Numbered from the stretch's first letter, positions 12,596 through 26,779 are shown. The stretch: 64,000 nt of DNA from Octopus sinensis (GCF_006345805.1 NC_043000.1:121954001-122018000), one strand, 5' to 3'. A program made the numbers and translations. The notes: generated from the sequence alone by a model not told the origin.

Positions 12596-14599
12596 TAAAA
12601 ACAAATGCTTGTAACTGACGTACAAGTGCAGAATTATTTGTATATATTTTTTAATTCCTTGTTTGATTAGTGGATGAGTGGTTTCTCTATTAAATCAATC
12701 CAGCGCCGTATTGCTATTTTATTTTATGCAATCATAATGCTATAAAACCATTTATAACAGTAATTATATTTCCAGGTAAGAGAGACGAATTTTGTTTTAT
12801 ATATACAAGATCTGCTACGTACTTGTGATAGATTATCATACGCATTGCAAGCGTATGTTGATTTCTCTGATTCCGGTACAAAACTCAAAAGTAGGATTAA
12901 ACATTACAGCCATTGTCAATATCTTTTGTATTTGTCTTATTGATGTAACAGCTGTAATTTCCACTATATCTCACTATTAAGACGCTAACGACCCACAAAT
13001 TTAAATTCTAGCTTCGGCAGCTATTGCCCACTGTTGCTGAGCGCTCGTTTCACTATAGGTTTTTAAATATTCGTTTTCTTACCCCATTTTTATTATTATT
13101 TTCTTCTTTTTCTTGCGTTAACAGTTTTGTGTATCCAGTGGAACTTATATTTGGCTATATTCCTAATATACATTAGAAACGTTTATAACGATCTGAAAAT
13201 TTACGTCGAACTATTTGTTAGTGCATCGGACAAAATGCAAATCAACATTTCTTCGGGCCCCTTTGTTCTTATTTCAAGTCCCAGTGAACTCAAATTTGTC
13301 ATTTGAAAATAAATTCACAATTAAGTATTGGGGTCAGTTAATATACTAACTCCATGCCCCTAAATTTGCATGGCTTATACCACCATTTGGAACCATTAAT
13401 TATTTCGAATCATTTTGAAATGTCTTGGAATGTCTGTCTGGTATATATACATATTTGCTGATTATCTGAATGTCTGGAATTATTTTACCTGTGTCAAAAC
13501 TATTCCATAAATGTGGAGAACCAGATTGCTTTTCTATATTCTCTGCTATTTTTAATTGAAAAAAATATTTCTCCAATTTTATTAATTTCAATTCGCAATA
13601 AACAGAAAGAATCTAAAAGAAAAAAGAAATATGCTGCACAAAATGTAAAAAAAAGAATGTAATATTTAAAATATTATTTGATACAATTTAGAAAAAATAT
13701 TTGTCTAACAGATGTCTTTAACACATGGAATTGTAATTCTAACGAAGTCGGTGATAATAACATCGCCATAAACTACAACAAAACAAATATTTTCTCAATT
13801 GCTTTCGAGTTTTCATGTGATACAAGAAAACTACAAATAGTCCAACCTGGCTAAATTAATGATACAATATAGAACGTTAGGTTTTTAATGATTATGACAA
13901 ATGAACGTCTATGATAATATGTGGTATGAACAAATATCGAAATTTTAACGTAGAGAAAGAATGAAAGAGGGAGAAAGGCAGAGAGAGCATATATATGTAT
14001 TTAAATTGTGGAAAATGTCTTTTACCCTCAAAGAAACAAGTATGGATGCTAGGTTTTTATTGCAATATGAAGTAAGCTAATTTGAAAACGCAAAATATCT
14101 TCGCGAAATCTGCATCATATCTAAAGTACGAATAGCAAGAATGCAAGCTCAGCAAATATGAAGTACAACGGTCAATAGAATGGTACTCTATGCTATGGTT
14201 GAAAAAATGCCGAAATGAGAGTGAAAGAATGGACAAATCATCATTCTAAGTTGAGTCTCCTTTTCGTTTCATGGCATAATATAATTAAGTAGTGCTTCAG
14301 TAACGAGAGATGGCATGCGATTAGATGCGTGCAATAAGACATTTGCAAATTTTGTTTATACCCAATGACCTGAGATTTATCTCAGGTCTGTAACCTGCCT
14401 CAGTAGCAGACTTACGTTCTAAAAGACTGAAAAGCCTGGCCTGAATGCAATGTTGTTACACACATGGAAGTAAAAGGCAGTTAATTGCTTTCTACCGTGA
14501 AGATCTAAGAAGCCATCATCTAGTTTTTATTCAGTAGGTGTTGTAGTTTAGCTCCCTCCTCTGGATCTTGTAGTTGGAGAAGAAAGGGCTCTTGTTGGT

Positions 14600-14900
14600 G
14601 GAGAAGAAAGCATATTAATGAGTAAGATATTCAAATACCGTGACAGCTAATTGCAAAGCTACATATGCATGCAGACATCTCCTAAGCAGCGCCAATAATG
14701 ACAAGAGGAACAGCCTGCATGTGCTTCGCGGGAGAAACTACTCCACTTCCGTAACCAACTGTAAACGTTATCATTTTTGGATGGGTTGTAAATGAGAGAT
14801 GGACAAAATTAATTGGTAGCACTAGAAGAACAGCAAGAAGTGTAGAGCTCCACAAGAAAAGAATAAAATTCTCGCATTAATCTAAAAAAGAAAGGCGCCA
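14600..14900 (+). mobile_element. Highly decayed RTE-clade LINE C-terminal remnant
   Basis: Fragmentary TYAC and NERWTKLI...KKCRAPQ motifs across frames resemble the RTE post-RT region. Confidence 0.35.
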
Positions 14901-15335
14901 AAGTACAAACACGAATCAATTGAAAATGCGATATATATCGATGAGGAGATTGGCATCGCATATGTAACACAGAATGAATATAGAATGTTAAGAACTAGTT
15001 TCCATCTCAAAGCTTTCATTCACTTAATCTCTCCAAGAATGTGCGTCCTACTTAAATTGTTCACAATAGATATAGAAGGGATTATTACGTTGAAGTCGAC
15101 ATGCGATGTGAGTATTTGATTTTAGTGTTGAACTCTCATCAGAGCGTCCCACTGGTGGATATTTGTGTTGTCCCATTTCTTTTTATCTTCTTATACTGTA
15201 ACAATCTTGACTTGTAATATTTATTTATTTTTTAATCAAAAAACATTCCCATCACCCCACTCATCTTAAGCAACGTTGCTTTATCCATCTCACGCATTGT
15301 CTTATCACTATTCATAGATTTGTTGTAATTATTAT

Positions 15336-15655
15336 AGGTGGACTGACAGCAAATTCAAAAGAGAACATTTGTTGTTAGGCTTGAAGATAGGAGGAATCAT
15401 TAATATTTTCCAGTTCCTTGCTACTCTGAGTTCAAATCCAGCTGAGGTGGTCTGGCGGCAAATACAAAAGAGAACATTTCTTAGACTAGAAGCTAGGAGG
15501 AATCATTAATATTTTCCAGTTCCTTGCTACTCTGAGTTCAAATCCAGCTGAGGTGGTCTGGCGGCAAATACAAAAGAGAACATTTCTTAGACTAGAAGAT
15601 AGGAGGAATCATTAATATTTTCCTGTTCCTTGCTACTCTGAGCTCAAATCCAGGT
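15336..15655. repeat. Tandem repeat, about 106-109 bp x 3
   Basis: Unit GGTGGTCTGGCGGCAAATACAAAAGAGAAC...CTCTGAGTTCAAATCCAGCTGA; period 106 bp between 15444 and 15550. Confidence 0.9.
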
Positions 15656-15899
15656 GATAACATTACCTTGCATCATTTTCGGCTTGATAAAATAAAGTAT
15701 CGGTTAGTTAGAATTGCTTGTATTTTAGGTCGATCGGAAATAATTATCCTAAATATTAGCGTGATGAATCAAGCGGTGAGCCAGCAGTATCGCTACCACG
15801 CCGGTCAAAAATGCTTAGCGAGATTTCCTCTGGCTCTACTTCCATTCTTTGCGGGCCGCTAAACAAATAAAAGCCATGTGCTTATGGTGGTTTCAAATG

Positions 15900-16450
15900 T
15901 TGACATAAGATCGACAATTTCAGAGGGAGTGGTTAAGCCGACTGCATCGAAATAAGTACTCAGAACTACTTGCTTTATCGACCTCGAAAGGACGAATTAT
16001 AAAGTCGCTTTCAAGGGAACTCGAAGTTAGAACGTAATGTCGGACAACATGTCGTTAAGAATCTTCCCTGTGTATTTCTCTATTGCCCAGAAGGGGCTAA
16101 ACGTGGAGGGTACAAAGAAGGATAGACAAACAGATTAAGTTGATTACATCCACCCCAGTGCGTAACTGGTACTTAATTTATCGACGCCGAAAAGTAAAGT
16201 CGACCTCGGCGAAAATTGAATTCAGAACGTAACGTCAGACGAAATACCTATTTCTTTACTACCTACGAGGGGCTAAACACATAGGGGACAAACAAGGACA
16301 GACATAGCTATTAAGTAGATTACATCGACCCCCAGTGCGCACCTAGTACTTATTTAATCGAAATGATGAAAGGCAAGTCAGAACGTAAATACAGACGAAA
16401 TGCAGCTGAGCATTTCGTCTCGCGTGCTAACCTTTCTGCCAGCTCGGCGC
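15900..16450 (-). mobile_element. SINE family A tandem multimer
   Basis: About three partial units with GAAATACCTATTTC junction. Confidence 0.8.
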
Positions 16451-16519
16451 CGACTGTGTATTGCAGTTCTGTTAGCTCGTCGCTTTAGAGGAAACAATTA
16501 TAAAAAAACATGCATCGAT

Positions 16520-16681
16520 CTGACGTGGTAAGTATCGCGCTTACGAACCACATGGTTCCGGGTTCAGTCCCACTGCGTGACACCCTTGGGCAAGTGTCTT
16601 CTACTATAGACTCGGGCCGACCAAAGCCTTGTGAGTGGATTTGGTAGACGGAAACTGAAAGAAGCCCATCGTATATATGAG

Positions 16682-16731
<50 letters not shown>

Positions 16732-16946
16732 TGTGTGTGTGTGTGTGTGTGTATTTGTGCGTCTGTTTGTCCCCTCAACATCACTTGACAACAGATGTTG
16801 GTGTGCTTACGTCCCCGGCAAAGAGACCGATAGAATAAGTACTAGGCTTCCAAAGAATAAGTCCTGCGGTCGATTTGCTCGACCAAAGGTGGTGCTCCAG
16901 CATTGCCGCAGTAAAATGACTGATACAAGTAAAAGAGTAAAAGTGT
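16520..16946 (+). mobile_element. Full composite SINE B/D with internal microsatellite
   Basis: Same architecture as 7155-7645. Confidence 0.9.
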
Positions 16947-17716
16947 ATGCCAGACAATATACTTAGTGGCATTTTCTCCGGCTCTGGGTTCGACTTTCAT
17001 TTTACACATTTCAGTCGATAAAATTCGTGCTAACCAACTACGGCGATCCATGTAATCAGATTTGCTGGTTTCGTGCCAAAATTAGAAAGAATTATGGTGT
17101 GTAGAAGTATTATGTGCCTGCTATTTTACGGTAAGTGGAGGACTGAATAAGCAGAGCTAACCTCGTCAAAATTCGTACCCAATATGTAATTAAATTGAAC
17201 AAATCTCGAAGGGAAATATTTTTTTCTAAAACTCTATCAATGCTGGCAATCCACCAACTTCAACTTTTGCAAATAACAGCAACAGTGCTTAAAAGCTGAA
17301 CAAAACAAAAATATATGTTTGCAATTAACGAGCGAAGTGTGATATGTGTAGCAAACGTAAGCAGCGTTAGCTAAAAGTCATGTTGATACGTCAAAACAAG
17401 AAAAAAATACATATTGAAACACTAATGTCTTTCTACAGATCTCATTTTCGAACTCAGCATAGTAGTGCTTGTGAATCTGGCCTGTTTTTACTCTGCATAA
17501 CAACAGGAAAATCAGCATACTGCACCTGGTGTCTGAATAAACCTGATTTCCAGACAAAAGAACAAATCATTCATAAATTCAGCTTCATGAATTATTCAAC
17601 TTTTACTTAATTTTATTATTTGCCCAGCATCAGTTAGAATGACACATTTTTGCCGATTAGACATTCAATTATATAGAGATGCATACAGATACGCACACGC
17701 ATATATTTTATTATAA

Positions 17717-17766
<50 letters not shown>

Positions 17767-17852
17767 TTATGTATATTATATATATAAAATACACATAAGT
17801 ATTTTATCAATTTTCATATATACGCACACATATTATGTATATATACATACAC

Positions 17853-17897
<45 letters not shown>

Positions 17898-17917
17898 TAA
17901 ATATACTCATATATATA

Positions 17918-17970
<53 letters not shown>

Positions 17971-18081
17971 ATATATATGAAAATTCATGAATAGACGTAT
18001 GTGCATTTATTGTGTGTGTATATATATATATGTATATATATACACGGCTATTCATGGATTTACATATGTACAAACACACAC

Positions 18082-18151
<70 letters not shown>

Positions 18152-18799
18152 GCATGTATGTATGTATCTATGCATATATACAATATTACAATATGCATAC
18201 ATATGCATAAACGTTTATGCACACACACATATAAACGCGCACGCACAGACGCACACAAACACTCGCGCGAGCACACACACACTTACACAAAATGTGTTTA
18301 GTTACTGGTTGTGACATTACATTATTAGCTGACGGCATGTGCATTAATGTAACTCTCCAGGCAATATATACCAAGCCTCCAGTCAATTTTGTTTCCGTCA
18401 GTAGTTTACCTAAGTAGAAGAATTTGTGAACTTTCCGAGATTAATATTTCAGGTGGTTGTCTTTTGCATAATATATCTGACATCATATCGATCCTGCTCC
18501 ACAAAAATCTGTCCGTTTTCTAACTCTCAAGCTCCAATGGTAACAAACCTATTACGCATAAATGGACGAAATGGAGGATCTCCTATGTGGCTCCATTTGC
18601 TGAAAATTGTAAAGGAATCGAGAAACGCAGAATCTCTTAAAAAGATGGGGAACACTGCAGATGTATTGGAGCCAAGGTACGCGTACTTTACACCAAATAT
18701 CGTAATATTATTGAAATTCCAGTCAATGGAATATGATAGTCGTTCCACTTAATTTGTTTTATATCATCCAATCCTCCATATTAGAATACACGTTTCAAA

Positions 18800-18965
18800 A
18801 TTTGGCACGACGCCAGCAGTTGCGTGGAGAGCGGAAAGTCGATAATGTTGAGCCGAGTTCTTGATTGGTACTAATTTTATCGGACCCGAAAGGATGACAA
18901 TGTCGGCCACAGCGGAATTTGAACTCAGAATGCAAAGATGGACGAAATTCCGCAAAGAATTGAGG
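18800..18965 (-). mobile_element. SINE family A variant, degenerate
   Basis: CCCGAAAGGATG...GCGGAATTTGAACTCAGAA. Confidence 0.65.
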
Positions 18966-19106
18966 TACCCGATTCACTCGAATCCCAAGCTTATGGATAA
19001 ATATATCTTTGTTTTAAGTTCATAAATCCGAAAAAGAGCATACCCTATAAAAAGTAGAGCATTCTTTATTTTTGTATTTCTAAAGTAACAGAAGAAGAAG
19101 AAGATA

Positions 19107-19154
<48 letters not shown>

Positions 19155-19364
19155 ATATATATATATATATGTATATATATTATATGTATATATATATATA
19201 TATATATAATATATATATATATATATTATATATATATAGATATATGTATATATATATATATAATATATATATGTATATATATATTATATGTATATATATA
19301 TATATGTATATATATATGTATATATATATGTATATATATATTATGTATATATATATATATATTG

Positions 19365-19400
<36 letters not shown>

Positions 19401-19432
19401 ATGTATATATATATATATAATATATGTATATA
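19107..19432. repeat. (TA)n-rich microsatellite field
   Basis: Direct inspection. Confidence 0.95.
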
Positions 19433-20065
19433 TCCTTCCTAACTTTATCACTAATTCTTTTTGGTATAACACCTACGCAAATTCTATAATCAAACTTTTC
19501 AATAGAAATGTTTTCATGAATTGAACAGCTGGAACTGCTAGCCACTACAGACCAACGACAATCAAGGCAATCCCAAATTCTTCCTCCCCTTTAAAGAATT
19601 TAAATTTAAATAATTTAAATTTTTCAATTCTATATTTTATATATTTTGTATATTATATTTGTATTTTTATGTTTTGGTTTATGATTTTCACTGTTTGATT
19701 TGCCTATTAGTGGTTTTATCTCTAATTTAATTTATACATATATATATATAATTTGTATACATTTGTATATATAATGCGTGCACACACACACACACCACAC
19801 ACACACATGTATACATACATATATATATATAATGTGTGCATTATGTGGTCGGTTGAGCTGAACATATGCACACCTAAGTTAAAAGTGCTGGCAAGTTTGC
19901 ATGACAACTATTTTTTTCCTCAAATGAAAGGCGTGACCTCTAGGACAAAATTCCTCATCTTATAAAATGTGGCCCCAGTAGGCCCGAATGAAATCGTGTT
20001 ATATCAACCAAAATGTGAAAAGGGGTCTAAATGGGACTGGAAGGAGATTAAAATTTAAAGGAGCG

Positions 20066-20347
20066 GGTGTTAGGAATTCTCTGTTACATCAAGCTAAAAA
20101 AATTGCGCCACCCTTTTAATCGTCAATGTGTTGCCGTCCATCATGAAGAAGTTTTGAATGCTTGCCATGGTTAGTCTACTGTCGTGAGAAAGAATCACTT
20201 CAAAACTTGGTGTTTAGGAATTTTCTTTTACATCAAGTTCAAAATTACGCCAGTCGTTAAACTGTCAATATGGTGCTGTCCGTCGTTAAGAAATGCCAGC
20301 CATGGTGACTCTTCTATCCTCAGATTCTATCCATTCAAACTTTGGTT
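20066..20347. repeat. Old diverged tandem duplication, about 143 bp x 2
   Basis: GGTGTTAGGAATT...TTACATCAAG...GCCATGG at 20066 and 20209. Confidence 0.6.
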
Positions 20348-20649
20348 TCCAATATTTTATTATTTTTATTCAGCTCGCAAGTACGTCTGTCCCTTTTAAG
20401 TGTTAATGTTTTGCTGTCTGCCTTGAAGCAGACCTTTCCGTTGTCACTGACTGATATTTATGATTGATCTTTCAAAATATTTTATTTCTCAACTTACTCA
20501 AGATCTTTTGTTGTTTATAAATGGGAGAGAGATAGATAAAGATAGAGAGTAAGAGAAAGCGAGGGAAAGTCCGAGAGAAAAGAAAACTAAGAGAGTGGGA
20601 AATTGAGAGAGAAGGGAGAGAGAAACAAAGAGGGAGAATCATCATCATC

Positions 20650-20890
20650 ATCATCGTCGTTCAACATCCGTTTTCCGTGCTAGCACGGGTTGGACAGTTT
20701 GACCGGGGTCTGGGAAGCCAGGAGGCTGCACCAGGCTCCAGTCTGATCTGGCAGTGTTTCTACTGGTGGATGACCTTCCTAACGCCAACCACTCTGTGTG
20801 TGTCGTGGGTGCTTTTATCCTGCCGCCGGCACAGAAGCCAGTCAAGGTGGCGCTGCAATCGGCCACGTTCGGGTGGTGCTTTTTACGTGC
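20650..20890 (-). mobile_element. SINE-like element (family E) with (ATG)n tail
   Basis: GGATGACCTTCCTAACGCCAACC central motif and AACATCCGTTTTCCGTGCTAGCACGGGTTGGAC end next to (CAT)n. Confidence 0.6.
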
Positions 20891-20894
20891 TGAA

Positions 20895-20958
20895 AGGAAG
20901 CAACAGAAAGTAACAACCACGCTCTTACCCGCGGGTAGAGCGGGTCACCTTAAGCTAG
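20895..20958 (+). mobile_element. Helitron-like 3' terminus
   Basis: Hairpin ACCCGC-GGGTAGA-GCGGGT then CACCTTAAG-CTAG|T running into (TA)n. Confidence 0.55.
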
Positions 20959-21054
20959 TATATATATATATATTTATATATATATATATATGTATATGTA
21001 TGTGCATATACATATATATGTGTGTGTGTGTGTGAGTGACTGTGTGCGTGTGTG

Positions 21055-21265
21055 TGTGACTTTGTGCCTATGTTTGTTGCCCCACAACCATCTGCAGTTG
21101 GTGTGTCTATGCCCCTTTCAACACTAGCAGTTCGGCAAAATAAACCGACAGAATAAGTACCAGGGCTGAAAAGATTATAAACACGGGAGTCGATCATTTC
21201 GATGTGAAGGCCTTGTCCAAGCATAGCGGCAGTCCACTGACTGATACAAGTAATAGACAGAAGAT
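21055..21265 (+). mobile_element. SINE D half, degenerate
   Basis: GCAGTTCGGCAAAATAAACCGACAGAATAAGTACC...CCAAGCATAGCGGCAGTC. Confidence 0.65.
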
Positions 21266-21608
21266 ATATATGGACATTCATATAGACATACAGACATACG
21301 TACATGTATACATTTATATTACAGCTGTCCATAACTGAGAGCATTTTTACCTAATAAATTTGGCGTAGGTAAAATCCAAATGAGTTTATAATTATCTTTA
21401 GTCTCACGTAGTATAAGCTAATGCTTTAATTTGAGACATTACCGTAACAGCATGCTAAAAAGAAGTTTTAGGAAAATGCCATAGGGTGTCTGAAAAAAGA
21501 TTACCTGTCTTGACTCAATTATAAATGTGTGCATATTACAAGAAAACAAAAGACGCATATCACTAATTCAATGAAATTTGTCACATATTCCTCAAGCTGT
21601 CCCCACAT

Positions 21609-21708
21609 NNNNNNNNNNNNNNNNNNNNNNNNNNNNNNNNNNNNNNNNNNNNNNNNNNNNNNNNNNNNNNNNNNNNNNNNNNNNNNNNNNNNNNNNNNNN
21701 NNNNNNNN
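21609..21708. other. Assembly gap (100 N)
   Basis: Run of N. Confidence 1.
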
Positions 21709-21719
21709 TATTTTTTTAA

Positions 21720-21755
<36 letters not shown>

Positions 21756-22199
21756 AACTAACACAGATTCATATCTACAAGCAGCCTCAATAATTCCTAG
21801 CGCAACCACCTAGAAACATGTGCACGATACACACACACACATACACACACACACACACACATACACACAGACACAGGTATACGTAAATTTGTAAGTGTTT
21901 GCTGGTGTCTATATAAATATGTTAGTAATGACAATGATAGAATATTCTATTAATAAAAGGACTCGCATGGCTACTACCCTTGGGCTGAAACGCATAAAAA
22001 AATGAATGAATTCACACAGAATGAATAATTGAAAACCGTCTTGAATGCGTGGTATAAAATCATAAAGCACATCAAATTAGATATCGCAACTCTTTGTGAA
22101 AGATCATCGAAGATAAGGAACAGAAAAATATCTGAAAATGCGTCTGTGTAAAAGCAGAAGTATCAAAAACCAGGAAAGCGACCCTGCCCGGCAGGAAAG

Positions 22200-23680
22200 C
22201 CCGTATAATTTCCAAAAATGGAAGACTTCTAAAAATGGAAGGTATACTCGTTGGACCCTGTTTCAAACCACTATCACCCTGACTAAGGAAACTATCTGCC
22301 TGTTATCTTTCTTCCTAATGCTCATTTTAAGTCAGTGTTCACTTGGAAGATGCTGGTCACTACACCTTTCAAAAATTACTTGAGAATAAGCCCCTGCCTC
22401 TACATCGACATTTTCCTTTTCAAGGAAACCTTTTTTGTTAAATCCACAAGGCCTTTAAATACCACTTGTCTTTCTGAAGAATATGACAGGATGTTCTTCC
22501 CAAGTCAACGATGATTGCATGCTAGACGCATGCAAGCAAAACAGATTCACTTCCCTGCTGCTTTTAGAGTATATCTCTAACAGTTAGCCCAGCCAGGCAA
22601 GAGACTATTAGAAACCATCCATGAGAACGAGTCTGAATGTTCGCTGGCCCTTATCGGTCTGAATGTTCTCTGGTCCATCGAAACCTAATTTTGCCGAGAG
22701 TGTCGACGCACTTGCTAGCACCTATCTCTCTCTGGGATGCCAAAAGAAGAGAAATTTCCTTCAACCCCCGACTAGTACAGGACTATGAGAGCATGCGGAA
22801 ATTCGTGATGCCTACTTCCCTGTGTTTGTATGATCCAGGATTGCCATCATTTACAAGAGAAGATCTCTGGAAAAAAAGAGGCCCATCGCCGACTACATGT
22901 AGATTAATTCTATGGCGGTCCAACTGCAGAGGATGGAACCGAAACCGACTGTCGTGAAGAATTTCATCGAATATTAGCAGTCGGTTCTCTAGAAAGATTT
23001 CGACTAATCTAAATAGACCAGAGCCCGTTGATTCCAGACCCTTTATGATATATCGCACCACGTGGAGGTTGTCGTAGTTAGCCTTGTCAGGGATGGCACA
23101 TGTTTGCATATCAACATCCATACCACCGTTGACAAGCGACAAAAGTCTTCGCTAAAACCTTGGACAAACTCTTGAAATACGCATTCATTAGAATTAAGGG
23201 CCGGCAATTATCAATACAATTGCCCTTGTTTGGATCCTTTCTTAGCAGCGTCACCAGACATCAGTTCTAGTTCTGCTATAACTTATGCAAGATATCTTCC
23301 GAGAGATATGGAGACAAATCAGGGATATGATTGGAGGGAAGAACATCATAGCTAGATAATTTGCAAGTCATGTTCTAAACCATCATTTTACGTGTTTCTG
23401 CGGCTGTATTTAACTTTGTTAATGCTCCGCCTCTCTTGCCAAAATCCACTGCAGGAACTCGAGGACGGAACTCCTACTCATTCTGAGTAGTCATGCTAAG
23501 CCTCAACTAAAAACCACACACATCTGCTCACGTACCAGTAACACGCACACAGTTGTGTAGCCACGCGTGATACAAATAGTAGCTACGCTGTCCCATTTTG
23601 CCTCTTCCCCTCGTACACATAGGACGTCTTTCCTCCGTTTTTGAGACCTCAAACCTTAGCTCTGATACACAACATTCAGG
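22200..23680 (+). mobile_element. Probable decayed Ty3/Gypsy pol (RT and integrase motifs) with possible 3' LTR
   Basis: Broken-frame motifs VTTPF, CLYID, PNFAE, RRLHVD*FYGGP (integrase-like), AASPDISSSSAITYARYLP, TRGR; TGT...ACA segment at about 23558-23675. Confidence 0.45.
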
Positions 23681-26329
23681 CTTTGTGTTGAATAATCAGT
23701 TAAGAGCCTCTGTTGACCCAAAAACCTCTGGCGCAATGCCTTCACTGACAATTCTAAATTACTCACTACTTCTGTTTTTTTCCTTTACTCTGCTTTATCA
23801 CTACTTCCTTACAAAAATAATTAATTCTGCTTTAAATTAGTTCCGTTTAAAGTGGAATATATCAATGAAATTGAGGGATTTGGAATGATCTTCACTAAAA
23901 AGTCAATAAACTGGCGCCGTATTTGAATTGGAGATCGTCTGTCTACAGACAAATTATATCAAATTGAAGTATAATGCAGGCATTCGTTACACTAATGCAA
24001 CCATAGGAAATTTTCACAAGCATTTATGTGGGATGTGTAAATGCCATCAAAGTATTTTTAAGATACTTACATCATATATCAGCTGAAGGAACGGAAGATA
24101 TCTTGAAATATCTGATTGACGAGTTTGAGGTTGTAACTGTCCAAACCTTATCAAGGTGGTCGGCAGGTTTGCTGTTTTTGAAGGTGGGAAGCTCTAGAAT
24201 CCCTTCTGTCAGACATTAATTTCTAGAATAAGTGACGTGAAAAGGAGACTAATTGTACGCAGAGATTTATGTGGATCTTCAAAATAAACTGAATTGATCA
24301 AACACCAATGATCTTTACTTGGATATAAGTAATACAAAGAAACAGAAATAGCATTTTATTTTTTGACTTCTTTTCCTATATCGTCCATGTTTATTTTTAA
24401 CATCAAGATCCAAGAGAGTACGACTTAAACAAGATTTTTCATATGATGCATGGAATCCAATGAATTAATCTATCGTTGTATTTCTTATATATTTTACACA
24501 TCCAAGACTGCTACACAAATATTCTTTATAAACGGAGCATTTCCACTCTTAAATTTGATTACATAAATGAACTTATATGCAATTTGACCTGAACTGTCTC
24601 TCAAAATTCTATTATATTCCATGTGTATCCCGTGTTTATGCTGAATTCATTGTTTAACTATTACCGTAGTCACAATGATAATTATTCTCCTATTGTTTCA
24701 CTTGTGTTATCATAAATGTTATTACGCATTTGTTTGTTAAAACATATAATCTAACTAACTTAATCCATTTTGTATCAGTATGATATCTGTATACTGCTGC
24801 AGTTTATATTTTGTAAATTGATTACGTAATTTAATAAATGTAGTTTTGCTAGATATATGAGAAACGTCTTCGTATTTATTAAGTTTTACATTCGTTGGTT
24901 TATTTTGCTTTCTGCCTATTAAGTATTAGATTATGAATGGAATATTTTTGTTCGTTATTCATGTTCTTCGCAGGTTTATATAAATGTGTTTTAGTAGAAT
25001 TATCTACTCTAAATATGGAGTCTATAGTATTGTGTATATATGTGTCTCCGATGGCGAACCGAGAAGCATTCGTTCGTGAGACTATCTGAAACAATTTCAT
25101 TGACGTCTACTTAATATATATCACATAATATGCACTTTACAAAACACATGTCAAAATGAGCTGCGCTTTCCTCAAGCAGGATCTGAGAGCTATCACGAAG
25201 AGCAACAGAATGGTTTTTCAATCCATGCAACATCAATTAATGCAGAGAAATCTTTGGACAGACCACATTGCCAGATTTGGTGATACTACTAGCACAATGA
25301 ATGTCTCGTTCTTGCGACTGGCAGATGGCTATTGGCAAATTGTAAGATCCAACTTGAAATTGAAGGGCACTGTTAGACAAAAGCTAAATGATCTATCTAT
25401 CGCAAAGTAATATCAGCTAGCATTGATCGCCCATACACACACACGTGTAGGTAGGTATGTGGTGTGACATATATTTGAATAACATACACAAATAGAGGTA
25501 TATCAAGTAAAATACGAAATAAACCCTTGATTCGTTACATTTATCTCCACCTCTAGACTATGCGTTTTCATTACCAAATGGCACATGAAAGTTGGGGATA
25601 AAATTTAGACCGTTTTTGCTTATATTATACACACTGCATGAAGCATAAACATTTCCAGCACCTTTTGTTCCATAACCCTAAGATCCGTATCTTCTAGAAA
25701 CATGGCTGAGCAACGATCGTGTTAGTGGCGGATACAAGGCCAGAAACATATATCTCGGACTGACTTCATATCGCCAAATATTAAGCTTGTCGTTTAGCAT
25801 GTCTACATGCAAGAATTGTTGATTGTGGATTATCTCAGCGTAATTTATTCTTAGAATGACAAGAATGGGAAAAAAGGCTTCCAAGAATTTTGTCCGATCC
25901 TCGAAAGATTGTGCCAGTTCACCGCCTATATAATAATAATATTGATTTCCACCTTTAGCACAAGATCAGCAAGTTTAGAGTGGGGGTTAAGTCAACAAGA
26001 AACAAGGACATTACAACACGCAAGGCAAAGTCTTCGCTACATTTGCGGCACCTGCCAGAGGGAGTGTTTGTCTAGGATATGACTACACAGCCACGGCAGG
26101 AGATGTATTAGGACATGAAATGTAAAAGCTGCACTAGATTATTTTATGCGCAACTTCATTGTTTCCCCGAGACAAAAAATGATGCCAACAACAAAAATAA
26201 CAATATCAACAACAGCAACAACAACAACAGAAGTAATAATAATAATAATAATATATCATATACATTGTTTTGTCTTGGTATAAAAGATGGGCTACAGCAA
26301 ATATTCTGCTGAGTACCAGAGATCTGCTT

Positions 26330-26741
26330 GTCAATTGTTTGACTGTAACCAGGTATGTCCCTTAGTGGCTGACGATATGTGCATCTCTGACCATGAGCAG
26401 AAGTAGTGGGGGAGCACCATAGCCATGTATTGAGAGGGATTCTTTGAGGATTGAATAATTCACCTCTGGAAACATGGGTGTTTCGTTCAACATCCTTAAA
26501 TACCCTTATTCAGGGCCCTTTTGAGCGGAATAGGTTACTCGACCAGAAGAAAATTCTAACTGAGCCGCACCTGCAAGTTCATGCGCCGTTTATCTTGATA
26601 TGAGATCAGCATGTCGCGCACATATGGTTGTGATGCATGTGTCTGGTGTGCCCTTATCAGACGGGTAGTCATGATGGGTATACTGGGCTTCGTATATTTT
26701 ACCCCAGTGACACTTTGATGGCATGCACTGCTCTCTCACTC

Positions 26742-26745
<4 letters not shown>
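26330..26745 (+). mobile_element. Unclassified interspersed repeat ending in (AAT)n
   Basis: GC-richer 400-bp block ending CTCTCTCACTC(AAT)n, consistent with a retroposon 3' end; family not identified. Confidence 0.45.

Positions 26746-26779
<34 letters not shown>

Noticed and set aside
15090-15150. Minus-strand CTGATGA-GAGT...ACTC hammerhead-like start
   Set aside because: The GAAA core has three mismatches and stem I does not pair
18426-18752. 108-aa plus ORF and overlapping minus ORF; possible exon at about 18452-18538
   Set aside because: No recognisable domain; both strands are equally plausible
25156-25410. ORF containing LADGYWQI, reminiscent of Gypsy RT
   Set aside because: Single isolated motif with no flanking RT motifs
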